64,000 nt of DNA from an uncultured Candidatus Saccharibacteria bacterium (GCA_964384035.1 CAYLIB010000002.1:28704-92703), one strand, 5' to 3'. Positions 39,211 through 48,916 are shown, counted from the first letter of the stretch. Numbers and translations: made by a program. Notes: a model not told the origin generated them from the sequence alone.

Positions 39211-39456
39211 ATGAAGTATTCCAAAGTGGCCAGGAGCCTGGCTACTGTGTTTATTGTTATGGTGCTAATGTTCCCAGGCTTTGCCAGCACAACCAAAAAG
39301 TCCGAATCCAAAGCCCGGCACGTGGGTGCTAAGGTAAGAAGTAAGGTTATCATTACCCCGGCAAGATTCATTGGTGGTCTATTTGCTGGCCATGGCAAAC
39401 ACCGCACCAAAAAGCCCGCCGCCAAAACGGTAAAAGTCCAAAAATCCAACCTCTAA
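39211..39456 (+). CDS. Small basic secreted/membrane protein
   Basis: AAGGAG RBS, signal peptide (PGFA-S), Lys-rich mature part. Confidence 0.5.
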   Translation: MKYSKVARSLATVFIVMVLMFPGFASTTKKSESKARHVGAKVRSKVIITPARFIGGLFAGHGKHRTKKPAAKTVKVQKSNL

Positions 39457-39723
39457 CCCGAGGTCTTTTTTATACCCAAAAACAAAAACACCCACATGGG
39501 TGTTTTTTGTAAACCCGGGGTCCCCAAATTACTTGACCACACTCCGTAATAAAAAGATTTGAAAAGTCTTTTTATTACATAGAATTAAGTTGTTTGGGAT
39601 TGGGTTAATCCCTGCCGGATTCACTCCGGGAGGGTGCTAATCTCCGAAAAGCGGGAGCAACGCGAACATGTGCCTGAATGGGATATCTATCCCAGGCAGG
39701 CACGCGTGAGCGTTGCTCACGCG

Positions 39724-39799
39724 TGGTGGACCGGGTGGGATTCGAACCCACGACAAAAGGATTAAGAGTCCTCTGCTCTACCAACTGAGCTACCGATCC
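39724..39799 (-). tRNA. tRNA-Lys(CTT)
   Basis: Reverse complement GGATCGGTAGCTCAGTTGGTAGAGCAGAGGACTCTTAATCCTTTTGTCGTGGGTTCGAATCCCACCCGGTCCACCA. Confidence 0.95.
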
Positions 39800-40165
39800 C
39801 CGTCGTACTTTTCTCCGACCTCCGCCACTGATGCAGTGGCTGCAGTCTCCGTAAAGTACTCCTTCTTCCCAAAATGCTTTTCTCTATGTTATTCATTTTT
39901 ACCCTCTTCGGATAAAAATGAAACTAACTCATAGGTGAACAAGTATTTCGGGAGCCCTGAAACAGGAACTTAGACATTTTAACTTTTTTTACCCACCCTT
40001 TCAAGAGCCTGCCCCCATCTCACGAGCGAAGCAATGTGAGTGGTAAATGGGGTACCCCGGCGACCCCGTCGTTGGGGAAGAGGGGGAACATGGTGAACGT
40101 AGTGGAATAGTTAAGGAGCAAAGCGGAATAACTATGCAACGGAGTGGGCCATGATTAACCCGAGG

Positions 40166-40242
40166 TGGTGCACCCGGAGGGATTCGAACCCCCAGCCGAC
40201 CGGTTCGAAGCCGGTTACTCTATCCAGTTGAGCTACGGGTGC
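40166..40242 (-). tRNA. tRNA-Arg(TCG)
   Basis: Reverse complement GCACCCGTAGCTCAACTGGATAGAGTAACCGGCTTCGAACCGGTCGGCTGGGGGTTCGAATCCCTCCGGGTGCACCA. Confidence 0.95.
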
Positions 40243-40347
40243 GCGTCTAACTTTACTCCGACCTGATTTTATACAAAAATCCTCATAAATATACAATAAA
40301 CTTAGCGTTTATTCAATAGTACTGGGCTATGTTACTATTATATTCCA

Positions 40348-41301
40348 ATGTTATACATATTTAGTGGTACAGATACCTATACTAAAAACCAGCATATTCA
40401 AGGACTTCTAGCTAAATTCGGAGTTACTCCTACGAATATTCCTTTCGAGGAATTTCAAAAAAACCAAGCCTCTCACCTGAGTGGCGACTTATTCGCGTCT
40501 CTAAAAGTATTCCTGTTTAAGGGTTCTTCGCCTGAAGAAATTACCGAAGCAGATCTAGATGCTCTTAAGTCATCTAAAAATCATTTTATTTTTTTACCAG
40601 CTAAACTTGACCAAAGAAAAACAGTAGTAAAAAAGCTCCAGGCAGACAAAGGTATTACTTTTAAAAATTTTGATTTACCCCCAGTCTCTTCTCTACAGAA
40701 TTGGGTAAAGCAATACCTAAAAAGCAAAAACGCCCACATAGACGAAGCAGTTATTACTTATTTTTTAGAGCGACTCGGGTTAAAAGATTCTGGTGGGTAT
40801 ATTGAACCAGAGTACGAATTATGGACTATTGCTAACGAGTTGGACAAGTTAATAAGCTACTCTCCAGATAAAATTACTACCGATGTAGTTAAGGATTTGG
40901 TAACAGAGAATTTGGAAATAGAAATATTTTCTCTCATTAGTGCGATTGCAGAAAGAAATAAAACCGGCGCTTATTCCTATTTAGATAAGTTCTATGAGAG
41001 TGGGGGAGATGCAGATGATAAAGCTAAAACAATTCAACTCACTGCGCTACTTTCTGACCAGCTTCGAAGTATTCTTCTCGTAAAAAGTGCAATTGATTCA
41101 AGAATCCCGGATTCAAGTCTTTTGGGGGAAACAGGTTGGAAGCCTGGCAGGCTGAATATTCTAAAAAAACTTTCTTATAATTTCGAGATATCTAAATTAA
41201 AACAAACCCTAAATAGGTTAGAGCACTTAGACCTCGAATCCAAAACCACTAATACACCGGGTAGGGTATTGTTTAGTATGGTTATATCCCAGTTAATTTA
41301 A
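40348..41301 (+). CDS. holA: DNA polymerase III subunit delta
   Basis: MLYIFSGTD, KLDQRK, NELDKL, IFSLISAI, LDLESKT. Confidence 0.8.
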   Translation: MLYIFSGTDTYTKNQHIQGLLAKFGVTPTNIPFEEFQKNQASHLSGDLFASLKVFLFKGSSPEEITEADLDALKSSKNHFIFLPAKLDQRKTVVKKLQADKGITFKNFDLPPVSSLQNWVKQYLKSKNAHIDEAVITYFLERLGLKDSGGYIEPEYELWTIANELDKLISYSPDKITTDVVKDLVTENLEIEIFSLISAIAERNKTGAYSYLDKFYESGGDADDKAKTIQLTALLSDQLRSILLVKSAIDSRIPDSSLLGETGWKPGRLNILKKLSYNFEISKLKQTLNRLEHLDLESKTTNTPGRVLFSMVISQLI

Positions 41302-41378
41302 TTGAATCATTGAATGTCGTGGTATAATAGAATTGTAAAAAGTAATTATGGGGTTTACCCCCAACAAAACGAAACAAA

Positions 41379-42167
41379 ATGAAGTATTTAAGCAAAATAT
41401 TAGCGGTTTCCGCTATAGCATCGAGTCTACTTGCTCCATCGCTCGCATTTGGAGAAGACTCAACCACAACTACTACTCCTGCGAAGCGAGCACCAATAAA
41501 AGTAAACCAGGAAGAATACAAAGCAAAACGTGAGGCGGCTCAAGAAGAAGCCAAAGCAAAACGTGAAGCGGCTCAAGAAGAAGCCAAAGCCAAGCGCGAT
41601 GCTGCAAAAGAGGAAGCTAAGGCCAAGCGCGAAGCGGCACAGGTTGAAGCAAAAGCTAAAAGAGAAGAAGCAAAAAAGAAAGCTGAAGAAAGAAGAGAGC
41701 TACAAAAAAAGTGTGTAGAGGGCACTCAAACTGCAAATAAAGCCTATACAGAAGCTCTTAAAACCAATAACACTAAATCTACAGAAGACTTAAAAGCAGC
41801 TAGAAAAACTCAGTCGGAAGCTCTAAAAGCAGCTCAAAGCGCTTATACCGAAACTCTAAAGACTATCGCAGATACCCTAAAAGCTGATCTAACAGTAGCA
41901 GGAGAAGATGCAGAAAAAATCGCAGCGGCTAAAAAGAAAGCACAAGATGCTAGAAAAGTCGCCAGAGAAACCAGAAAAACCGCAATAGATGCGGCAAACA
42001 AAACATTTAAAGAAGCAAGAGAAAAAATCGCGACTACTAGAAAAGACGCCAACAAATCCGCTCTAGATACTAGAAAAACTGCTGTAGAATCTTCAAAAAC
42101 CCCTTGCAAAACTGCTACCACAACTACCACTACAACTACTACGACCAACACTACAACAGCTCAGTAA
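41379..42167 (+). CDS. Secreted Ala/Lys/Glu-rich coiled-coil protein
   Basis: Signal peptide (AFG-E), 11-aa repeats AKAKREAAQEE, Thr-rich ends. Confidence 0.75.
   Translation: MKYLSKILAVSAIASSLLAPSLAFGEDSTTTTTPAKRAPIKVNQEEYKAKREAAQEEAKAKREAAQEEAKAKRDAAKEEAKAKREAAQVEAKAKREEAKKKAEERRELQKKCVEGTQTANKAYTEALKTNNTKSTEDLKAARKTQSEALKAAQSAYTETLKTIADTLKADLTVAGEDAEKIAAAKKKAQDARKVARETRKTAIDAANKTFKEAREKIATTRKDANKSALDTRKTAVESSKTPCKTATTTTTTTTTTNTTTAQ
41520..41680 (+). repeat. In-frame 33-bp tandem repeat, about 4-5 copies
   Basis: aaagcaaaacgtgaggcggctcaagaagaagcc and diverged copies. Confidence 0.75.
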
Positions 42168-42197
42168 ATATAAAACCCGCCATATGGCGGGTTTTGT

Positions 42198-44036
42198 TTA
42201 TCTGGCAGCTCTTTTTCTATCGTTTGCGTTTAGAAGTTTCTTTCTCATTCTTACATTGAGAGGAGTAACTTCTACAAGTTCGTCAGGCCCTATGTATTCT
42301 AGAGCAAAGTCTAAGGTTATTGGTTTTGGCGGGGTTAGAATAATTGCATCGTCCGCACCACTGCTTCTCATGTTTGTAAGTTTTTTAGTTTTACAAACAT
42401 TTAGCTCAAGGTCACTATCTAGTGCATTTTGACCAACAATCATACCTTCATAAACTTCCACTGCTGGTCCTATGAAGAGTACTCCACGTTCTTGGGCATT
42501 GTTTAATCCATATGCATTAGAAGTACCAGATTCAGAAGCTATTAAAGATCCATGTTCATTACCCTTGGTATCTATATCGTGCACTGGCTTATAACTGTCG
42601 AACAAATTGTTGATAATTACTGTTCCGCGGGTTCTTGTAAGTAGTAAGTTCTTAAGGCCAATAAGCCCTCTGGTAGGAATTAAATATTCCGCGTGAATTT
42701 CCCCACTCGGTGAAGAGTCCAGTGTAAGCATTTCGCCACCGCGTTTCCCAAGTTCTTCTATAACCGCACCTTGGTATTCACTCGGTACATCTATGGTAAC
42801 TTGTTCGTATGGCTCTTTCTTCACACCATCTTCCTCGTGGAAGATAACCTGAGGTTGGCTAACTTGTAGTTCAAAGCCTTCGCGTCTCATGGTTTCTATT
42901 AATACCCCAAGGTGAAGTTCACCGCGACCCGAAACCAAGAAGCTTTCAGCTCCTTCTTCGGAAGGTTCTACTTTAAGCGCAACATTGGTTTCAAGTTCTT
43001 TTTCCAAACGGTCTCGAAGATTTCTAGAAGTAACGAATTTACCCTCACGCCCAGCAAATGGGGAAGTGTTAACACCAAAAGTCATCTTAATGGTCGGTGG
43101 TTCTATTTCTACAGGCGGTAACTGCTTCGGGTTTGCGCTGTCTGCCAAGGTTTCACCAATCTGTATATCGTCAAAACCTGCAATTGCGACTATGTCTCCA
43201 GCTTCTGCTATTTCCACATCAACTGGTTTTAGGCCTTCATACATTTGAAGAGCTGTAGCTTTTCCAGTCTGCTTGGTGCCATCTGTAAGGATTCTAGTAA
43301 TGTTTTGTGCTTTTTTTACACTACCAGATGTAATCTTTCCAATCCCCAATTTGCCTTTATAGTTATCTGAGCGTAAAGCTAAAACCAGCATAGCAAAAGG
43401 GTCTTCTAGGTTTACTTCTGGTGCATCAAAATTTTCTATTATTGCTTCAAATAGGGGAGTAATGTCAGCAGGGGTGTTTGGGTCAGCAATTTGTGCTTTT
43501 AACTTATCTGCATCGCTACTAGCTAATCCACGAATACCGGAAGCATAAATAACTGGAAAATCTAACTGCTCGTCTGTCGCATGGAGTCTGACAAATAAAT
43601 CGAAAGTCTTGTTTACAGTTTCGTCTACATTCGCACCTTCTTTGTCTATCTTATTTACAACAACAATTGCTCTTAGCCCAAGTTCAAGAGCCTTTTTAAG
43701 TACGAACTTTGTTTGAGGCATTGGGCCTTCTTTAGCGTCTACCAAAAGCAAAACACCGTCAGCCATTCTAAGTGTACGCTCTACCTCTCCGCCAAAGTCA
43801 GCGTGTCCTGGAGTATCTACTATGTTTATCTTTGTTCCCTTATAAACCAAAGAAGCATTTTTCGCGCGAATGGTAATACCGCGCTCACGCTCTAGGTCCA
43901 TTGAGTCCATTATTAAATCTGCACCCTCTTCTGTTTTAACAGTCTGAGTCTGCTTAAGCATCGCGTCCACCAAAGTAGTCTTACCGTGGTCAACGTGAGC
44001 GATAATCGCAACATTTCTAAGATTTTCTCGTTTCAT
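42198..44036 (-). CDS. typA: Translational GTPase TypA/BipA
   Basis: [56 protein letters not shown]. Confidence 0.97.
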   Translation of the reverse strand: MKRENLRNVAIIAHVDHGKTTLVDAMLKQTQTVKTEEGADLIMDSMDLERERGITIRAKNASLVYKGTKINIVDTPGHADFGGEVERTLRMADGVLLLVDAKEGPMPQTKFVLKKALELGLRAIVVVNKIDKEGANVDETVNKTFDLFVRLHATDEQLDFPVIYASGIRGLASSDADKLKAQIADPNTPADITPLFEAIIENFDAPEVNLEDPFAMLVLALRSDNYKGKLGIGKITSGSVKKAQNITRILTDGTKQTGKATALQMYEGLKPVDVEIAEAGDIVAIAGFDDIQIGETLADSANPKQLPPVEIEPPTIKMTFGVNTSPFAGREGKFVTSRNLRDRLEKELETNVALKVEPSEEGAESFLVSGRGELHLGVLIETMRREGFELQVSQPQVIFHEEDGVKKEPYEQVTIDVPSEYQGAVIEELGKRGGEMLTLDSSPSGEIHAEYLIPTRGLIGLKNLLLTRTRGTVIINNLFDSYKPVHDIDTKGNEHGSLIASESGTSNAYGLNNAQERGVLFIGPAVEVYEGMIVGQNALDSDLELNVCKTKKLTNMRSSGADDAIILTPPKPITLDFALEYIGPDELVEVTPLNVRMRKKLLNANDRKRAAR

Positions 44037-44140
44037 CTTTTTTCATTCCTTCACAAGAAGGAATCCATTCAATTATTTAAATATATAAAAAACGCCCGAA
44101 GGCAAATAAATTTTGCCACACCTGGCAGGAAAAGTCAACC

Positions 44141-44186
44141 AAAAGGAAAAGCGGATGAGAGGCTCAGGGAGTCTCGTCATCCGCTT
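44141..44186 (-). terminator. Intrinsic terminator of the minus-strand non-coding unit
   Basis: Minus strand aagcggatga...tcatccgctt followed by ttcctttt. Confidence 0.65.
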
Positions 44187-44635
44187 ATTAGTAGTTATTG
44201 TTCGCTCATAGGCTGGGGTTAGCTATCGCCTTACCCCTTTGGAGGAACGTGCATGCACGTATGGGCTTACGTTACCATGCCCGTGGAAAAGTGTTCGGGA
44301 GCATTGCTCGCACGAAGGTTCCCGGGTCTTATAGGTGTTTGTCGTGTGCCCTAATTTCCTCCTATTTCAATTGAACATCGTTCAGTTTTTTTGCTGGGAG
44401 TCTTTTTTGCTCGCAGGTTTGTTAACTGCGAGCAACTCGTTGGATTAGGTCCTATTCGGACCTGCTCCACCAAGAGACCCTAGGACCGGCATGTTCGTCA
44501 TGCGATACCTTTCTGGCCTCGGCGCCGGTTGTGTTGTTCGCGATTGAAGTATAGTGGGGCTTATTCCCCAAGCCCATCGTATAAGGCTACTATCTTCGGT
44601 AAAAAATCGAAATTCAATTTCAAACCGAAAATAAC
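44145..44635 (-). ncRNA. Candidate ~490-nt non-coding RNA of unknown class
   Basis: Perfect promoter at 44669-44641 and terminator at 44186-44141 enclose a GC-richer, hairpin-rich region with no credible ORF. Confidence 0.45.
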
Positions 44636-44640
44636 TCATT

Positions 44641-44669
44641 ATTATACTCTAATTATTCCATTTTGTCAA
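44641..44669 (-). promoter_or_regulatory. Consensus sigma70 promoter (minus strand)
   Basis: TTGACA-17 nt-TATAAT on the minus strand. Confidence 0.75.
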
Positions 44670-44678
44670 TAGTAATCT

Positions 44679-44838
44679 ACGTGAACCCCGAAACCTCCAG
44701 ATAAAGCGAAGGTTTTCGTGTGACGAGTAGGCGGAGCCCTTAAAAAGCGCAAAGAGTGCATCCTGCGAGTACTTTTTGAGGTGCCGAAGCGGCAGGATCC
44801 GAAAACTTTTCATTAATTTAGAAGTTCGGGGTTAACGT
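44679..44838. repeat. ~160-bp palindromic MITE/REP-like element
   Basis: Terminal inverted repeats acgtgaaccccgaa / ttcggggttaacgt (13 of 14 match) with inner complementary arms. Confidence 0.55.
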
Positions 44839-44885
44839 TAACCTAAATTCAATATTTTAAAGCTTTTCTCTGCTATACTAGAAAT

Positions 44886-45923
44886 ATGGAACAAAACCCT
44901 CAAAAAATAAGGCTTCAAACCTATACTTTTCTTGCTATCATGCTCGCAATGTTCGTGGTGGTTGCTCTTATGTTTAAACCTCTGCTAAATACACTTCTCT
45001 TAAGCGCTATTCTCGCTATTATCTTTAGGCCTCTTTATAAGCATCTCCTAAAAAAGTTCAAGTCAGAGACTATTTCGGCTTCTTTTACAGTATTTATAGT
45101 ACTCTTTGTATTATTTATATTTTTCTGGATATTTGGCCAGCTCCTTTATGGAGAAATTCACAATCTCTACGAAGGTTTTAAATCTGGACAATTTGTTTTT
45201 AATAGAGCAGATCTAATAGAAAAACTTCCCGCTATAGCAAGAGAACCTGTGACCACATTAACCAGCGACTTAAATAGCTTATTAACCAAAGCTGCAACAG
45301 GTGCTTTCCAGAGTTTTTCTAGTTTAATTTCTAATCTTGCAGAATTTTTCTTTAACCTTTTCCTAGTTTTCTTTGCTTTCTATTATTTGCTTAAAGATGG
45401 GAGTGGTCTAAAAAAAATCATTTTGGCGGTATCACCTATTTCCAATAACCAAGAAAATATTTTATTAGAGAAAGTAATCCTCTCTGTAAACGGAGTAATT
45501 AAAGGAACTTTTTTTGTAGCCGTTATTCAGTCTCTAGTAGCATTGCTCGGTTTCCTTATTTTTGGAATTCCGAATCCTTTACTCTGGGCGCTATGTACAT
45601 TCCTTGCCGCCTTTGTTCCTAATATAGGTACAACCCTCATTACCGTTCCGGCAATTATTTATTTACTCCTCACGGGGCATACTGGCTCAGCAATTGGTAT
45701 GGCGATTTGGGGAAGTTTGGCTGTAGGGTTAATAGACAATTTATTGAGTCCAAAGCTTGTTGGGCACAGTGCCCAGCTCCACCCTCTTCTCGTTTTGCTC
45801 TCAGTAGTTGGTGGTCTAGCGCTATTTGGTTTCCTCGGTATTTTACTCGGGCCAATTATTATGGCGGTTTTTTCGGCTCTTGTAAGTATGTATATCACCA
45901 ATTTTAAAGAATATTTGGAGTAA
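44886..45923 (+). CDS. AI-2E family transporter (PerM/YdiK-like)
   Basis: Multi-TM; YYLLKDG, FVPNIG, IDNLLSP, HPLLVLLSVVGG, GILLGP. Confidence 0.88.
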   Translation: MEQNPQKIRLQTYTFLAIMLAMFVVVALMFKPLLNTLLLSAILAIIFRPLYKHLLKKFKSETISASFTVFIVLFVLFIFFWIFGQLLYGEIHNLYEGFKSGQFVFNRADLIEKLPAIAREPVTTLTSDLNSLLTKAATGAFQSFSSLISNLAEFFFNLFLVFFAFYYLLKDGSGLKKIILAVSPISNNQENILLEKVILSVNGVIKGTFFVAVIQSLVALLGFLIFGIPNPLLWALCTFLAAFVPNIGTTLITVPAIIYLLLTGHTGSAIGMAIWGSLAVGLIDNLLSPKLVGHSAQLHPLLVLLSVVGGLALFGFLGILLGPIIMAVFSALVSMYITNFKEYLE

Positions 45924-45926
45924 CTT

Positions 45927-47411
45927 ATGGAAGCGAAAACAAAAGACTTAGTTCACAAACTGGAGAGTTCGATTCCGCCAACCATATTAACCATCTTCGG
46001 AGCAACTGGGGATCTTTCTCTATCGTATTTATTCCCAGCACTTATTCACTTGCACAAGAGTAATTTACTCCCAACTGACTTCAGGTTGGTTTGTGTTGGT
46101 AGGCGCGAATATACGCAAGATGAATTCAGGGAATTTATTAAAACTGAAGAAAAGAAAAGATCAAAAATAGAAGTCACGCCAGATTTTCTAAACTTATTAA
46201 CATATTTTAAAACAGATTTCGATACAGGCGCAGGGTTATCCGGGCTAAGTACTGTTTTAGCAGATCATGCTACTAGTAATAAAGATTTGTGTTTCAATAG
46301 GCTTTATTATTTTGCAACTCTACCATCCTACTTTGAACCGCTATCTAAAAGTCTAAAAAAAGCAGGTCTGCTTACTGGTTGTCGGGACCACAAACGAACA
46401 ATTCGGGTTTTAATAGAAAAACCTTTTGGGGAAGACTATAAGAGTGCTAAGTCTTTAAATAAAACCTTGTTATCTTTCTTTAAGGAAGAGCAGATTTATC
46501 GAATAGACCACTACCTAGGAAAAGAAACCGTTCAAAATATATTTACTGTTAGGTTTGCTAACGACCTATTTGAACCCGTTTGGAACAATAAATACATAGA
46601 CCACATAGAAATATCTGCGCTTGAATCCGACGGGGTAGGGGGGCGTATTAACTTCTACGAAAAAACCGGGGCATTAAAAGATTTTGTACAAAACCATTTA
46701 CTGAATATATTAGCCTTAGTTGTAATGGATAGACCGGAAAGTTTAAATCCAGAAGCCATACGAGACAAAAAAGTTTCCGTACTAAAAAGTCTTGTTCCAT
46801 TTACTAAAGCAACCATAAAAAAAGATCTTGTAAGGGCTCAGTACTCAGCTGGTATGAACACTGAGGGGTATCTGTCTGAGGTTGGTAAAAATTCCAACAC
46901 AGAAACCTATGTAGCTTTTAAAACTTTTCTAAAATTACCAAAGTGGAAAGGTGTTCCTGTTTATTTAAGAAACGGCAAACGTCTTGAAAATAAAGTCTCC
47001 GAGGTTTCGGTGCATTTTAAAAAAGCTAAACATGAACTTTTTATTCCCACAGGAAGAGAGTCGAACGTGTTAACTTTTAGGTTGCAACCCATGGAGTCAG
47101 TTTCTATTTCTGTGAATAATAAAATTCCTGGTTTTGGTATGCGACTACATCCAGGAAAGCTTAATTTTGGCTATGAGCAATTTCATTCAGAAATACCGGG
47201 TGCCTATGAACGTTTGCTTTTAGATTTCTGCCAAGGGGATCAACGGCTTTTCATACGGAGCGACGAAATAGAAGCCGCGTGGAAATTTATAGAATCCATA
47301 AGTAAAAACCTCCACCTCACCCCAATGGGGAATTACATGCCTTTCTCCGAAGGTCCCAAGTCTGCAGAAAACCTGATGAAAAAAGACAAGCGCACGTGGT
47401 GGACAAAGTAA
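45927..47411 (+). CDS. zwf: Glucose-6-phosphate 1-dehydrogenase
   Basis: IFGATGDL, IEKPFG, RIDHYLGKE, DFVQNHL, AYERL. Confidence 0.96.
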   Translation: MEAKTKDLVHKLESSIPPTILTIFGATGDLSLSYLFPALIHLHKSNLLPTDFRLVCVGRREYTQDEFREFIKTEEKKRSKIEVTPDFLNLLTYFKTDFDTGAGLSGLSTVLADHATSNKDLCFNRLYYFATLPSYFEPLSKSLKKAGLLTGCRDHKRTIRVLIEKPFGEDYKSAKSLNKTLLSFFKEEQIYRIDHYLGKETVQNIFTVRFANDLFEPVWNNKYIDHIEISALESDGVGGRINFYEKTGALKDFVQNHLLNILALVVMDRPESLNPEAIRDKKVSVLKSLVPFTKATIKKDLVRAQYSAGMNTEGYLSEVGKNSNTETYVAFKTFLKLPKWKGVPVYLRNGKRLENKVSEVSVHFKKAKHELFIPTGRESNVLTFRLQPMESVSISVNNKIPGFGMRLHPGKLNFGYEQFHSEIPGAYERLLLDFCQGDQRLFIRSDEIEAAWKFIESISKNLHLTPMGNYMPFSEGPKSAENLMKKDKRTWWTK

Positions 47412-47504
47412 GTTTATGGTAGGAGAGTAAGTATTAGTTATCTTGACCTAAAGCTTTAATTATGTTATAAAACCTCTTATTACATTCTAAATTAGGGGGC
47501 ATTT

Positions 47505-47756
47505 ATGTTAACAGAAGTTCGAAGTGTTGCTGCTTGTAGTGCCATCTATAAACAGTTGATGGCAGCTAAGTATTCGGGGTTTCCCGACAACGAGCTCGCC
47601 CAGTCTTTGAGTATCGGTCTCGGAAAGAGCTCAATAATCCTTGGTGTAATTTTAGGTGCAGTAGGTGACTGGGAAGCAGTCAAACGGAATTCCCCATACT
47701 CACCCGAGGATACACGAGCATGCCTCGAACAGATTGCGCTTGAGTTTGATTTCTAA
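47505..47756 (+). CDS. Small hypothetical protein
   Basis: Own TTGACC...TATAAA promoter, AGGGGG RBS. Confidence 0.5.
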   Translation: MLTEVRSVAACSAIYKQLMAAKYSGFPDNELAQSLSIGLGKSSIILGVILGAVGDWEAVKRNSPYSPEDTRACLEQIALEFDF

Positions 47757-47894
47757 CCCAATTATTGGGTTATTTTTTTATTTTATAATTATTTTCATTC
47801 AGATAATAACTACTTTTGACAATTTAGTTAAAAGCTGTTATAATTGCTGATTGTTTTTTTATATTTTCAAATTTATAAAAGGAGGATAAAGCCA

Positions 47895-48488
47895 ATGCAG
47901 GAAATAAAGAAAATGATCTCGGGTTGGTCATCCAAGCATTTTGGATCGAAGGGTTATATGGTTCAAGAAGCATTGATCGCCACACTCAAGATTATGGACA
48001 GTAGAAATGACAAACTGCGAAAATCAGTTGAAGTCCTCCAATTATTCACGCCCCCGGATAATGGAGGTAAGCTTTGGTTCAGAAAAAATGGCTTCGGATA
48101 TACTGTTGTACCGACTGCCGAGGATTTACTTTCTTCCATACAAAATGGGGAGTTGGAATTTATAGAATGTATACCCAAAAATAAACGGGTTAAGTTCATA
48201 AAAAAATGGTTAAAAGCAAGGCAGGATGACGTGCCTACTGTAAGGGATATGTGTATATCAGGGACATGTCCTCCCCCAAGTCCTGAAATTTCTAAGTATC
48301 TTAGGGAGTCAAGGGTGACTGCGTTCTCTGAGTCTCTCGAAGAGTATGAGTCTCTTACGAATAATGATGCACTTATTCCAATCCCTATTTTTGAGTTGAG
48401 GTCTAGTTTTTGGCCTACACAACCTACGCTTTTAGAAAAGGTTTTTGGAGGCTTAAGAAGAAGTTTGGGTTTTTTAATACGGAATTAG
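47895..48488 (+). CDS. Hypothetical protein
   Basis: Own TTGACA...TATAAT promoter; AGGAGG RBS before MQEIKK. Confidence 0.6.
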   Translation: MQEIKKMISGWSSKHFGSKGYMVQEALIATLKIMDSRNDKLRKSVEVLQLFTPPDNGGKLWFRKNGFGYTVVPTAEDLLSSIQNGELEFIECIPKNKRVKFIKKWLKARQDDVPTVRDMCISGTCPPPSPEISKYLRESRVTAFSESLEEYESLTNNDALIPIPIFELRSSFWPTQPTLLEKVFGGLRRSLGFLIRN

Positions 48489-48549
48489 TTTCCGTCTTTT
48501 TTTTGTCCGAACTATTTTTTCTTGCTATAGTATTTAGGTGAAAAATATA

Positions 48550-48665
48550 CAAGCAAATGTAATTTTCTGGTATTGCACCGCCCGCGGTCACCGTCGAGCG
48601 AGTGTTTAGGTATTTAAAAACTACTTAAGACCGTCCGAGGTAACCACCTTGGGCGGTTTTTTCTT
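48550..48665 (+). promoter_or_regulatory. Candidate attenuator/riboswitch-like leader
   Basis: Terminator accgtccgagg-taacca-ccttgggcggt-ttttt; upstream near-copy accgcccgcggtcacc could pair with the same 3' arm. Confidence 0.4.
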
Positions 48666-48688
48666 TAATTCAAAAAATGGAGGAAAAC

Positions 48689-48916
48689 ATGCAGATTCAA
48701 ATCTATTTTGAGCAAAATGCAGGTGAGGCAATTATTCTCTCTGCCCTAAATGCACTAAAAATTGTCGATGCAAAGAGGGTTTATGACTCAAGCAGGAGAA
48801 CTATCTCTCTGACTGTTAAAGATTTCAATGAGGTTGGCCTTAAAGCCGTGTTCCCTCAAATAGAAAAAATTGAAGTCGTCGAGCCGGTACTCCTTGGTGG
48901 TTGGGCCTTGGACTAG
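48689..48916 (+). CDS. Small hypothetical protein
   Basis: GGAGG RBS before MQIQIYF; alpha/beta pattern. Confidence 0.55.
   Translation: MQIQIYFEQNAGEAIILSALNALKIVDAKRVYDSSRRTISLTVKDFNEVGLKAVFPQIEKIEVVEPVLLGGWALD

Noticed and set aside
39713-39934. 73-aa ORF
   Set aside because: It is the antisense reading of tRNA-Lys
44224-44378. TGA read-through (genetic code 25) making ATG-TTC-AAT-TGA... a continuous CxxC peptide
   Set aside because: TGA serves as a normal stop elsewhere (e.g. the overlapping stops at 18972, 20444 and 37779) and long genes are intact under code 11
44145-44635. tmRNA, RNase P RNA or SRP RNA
   Set aside because: No tRNA-like ends, no GAGGAAAGUCC P4 motif, and no clear SRP domain IV motif
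44445-44639. 64-aa ORF on the minus strand
   Set aside because: Its ATG is only 2 nt from the -10 box, upstream of the likely transcription start, and the product has no recognisable features
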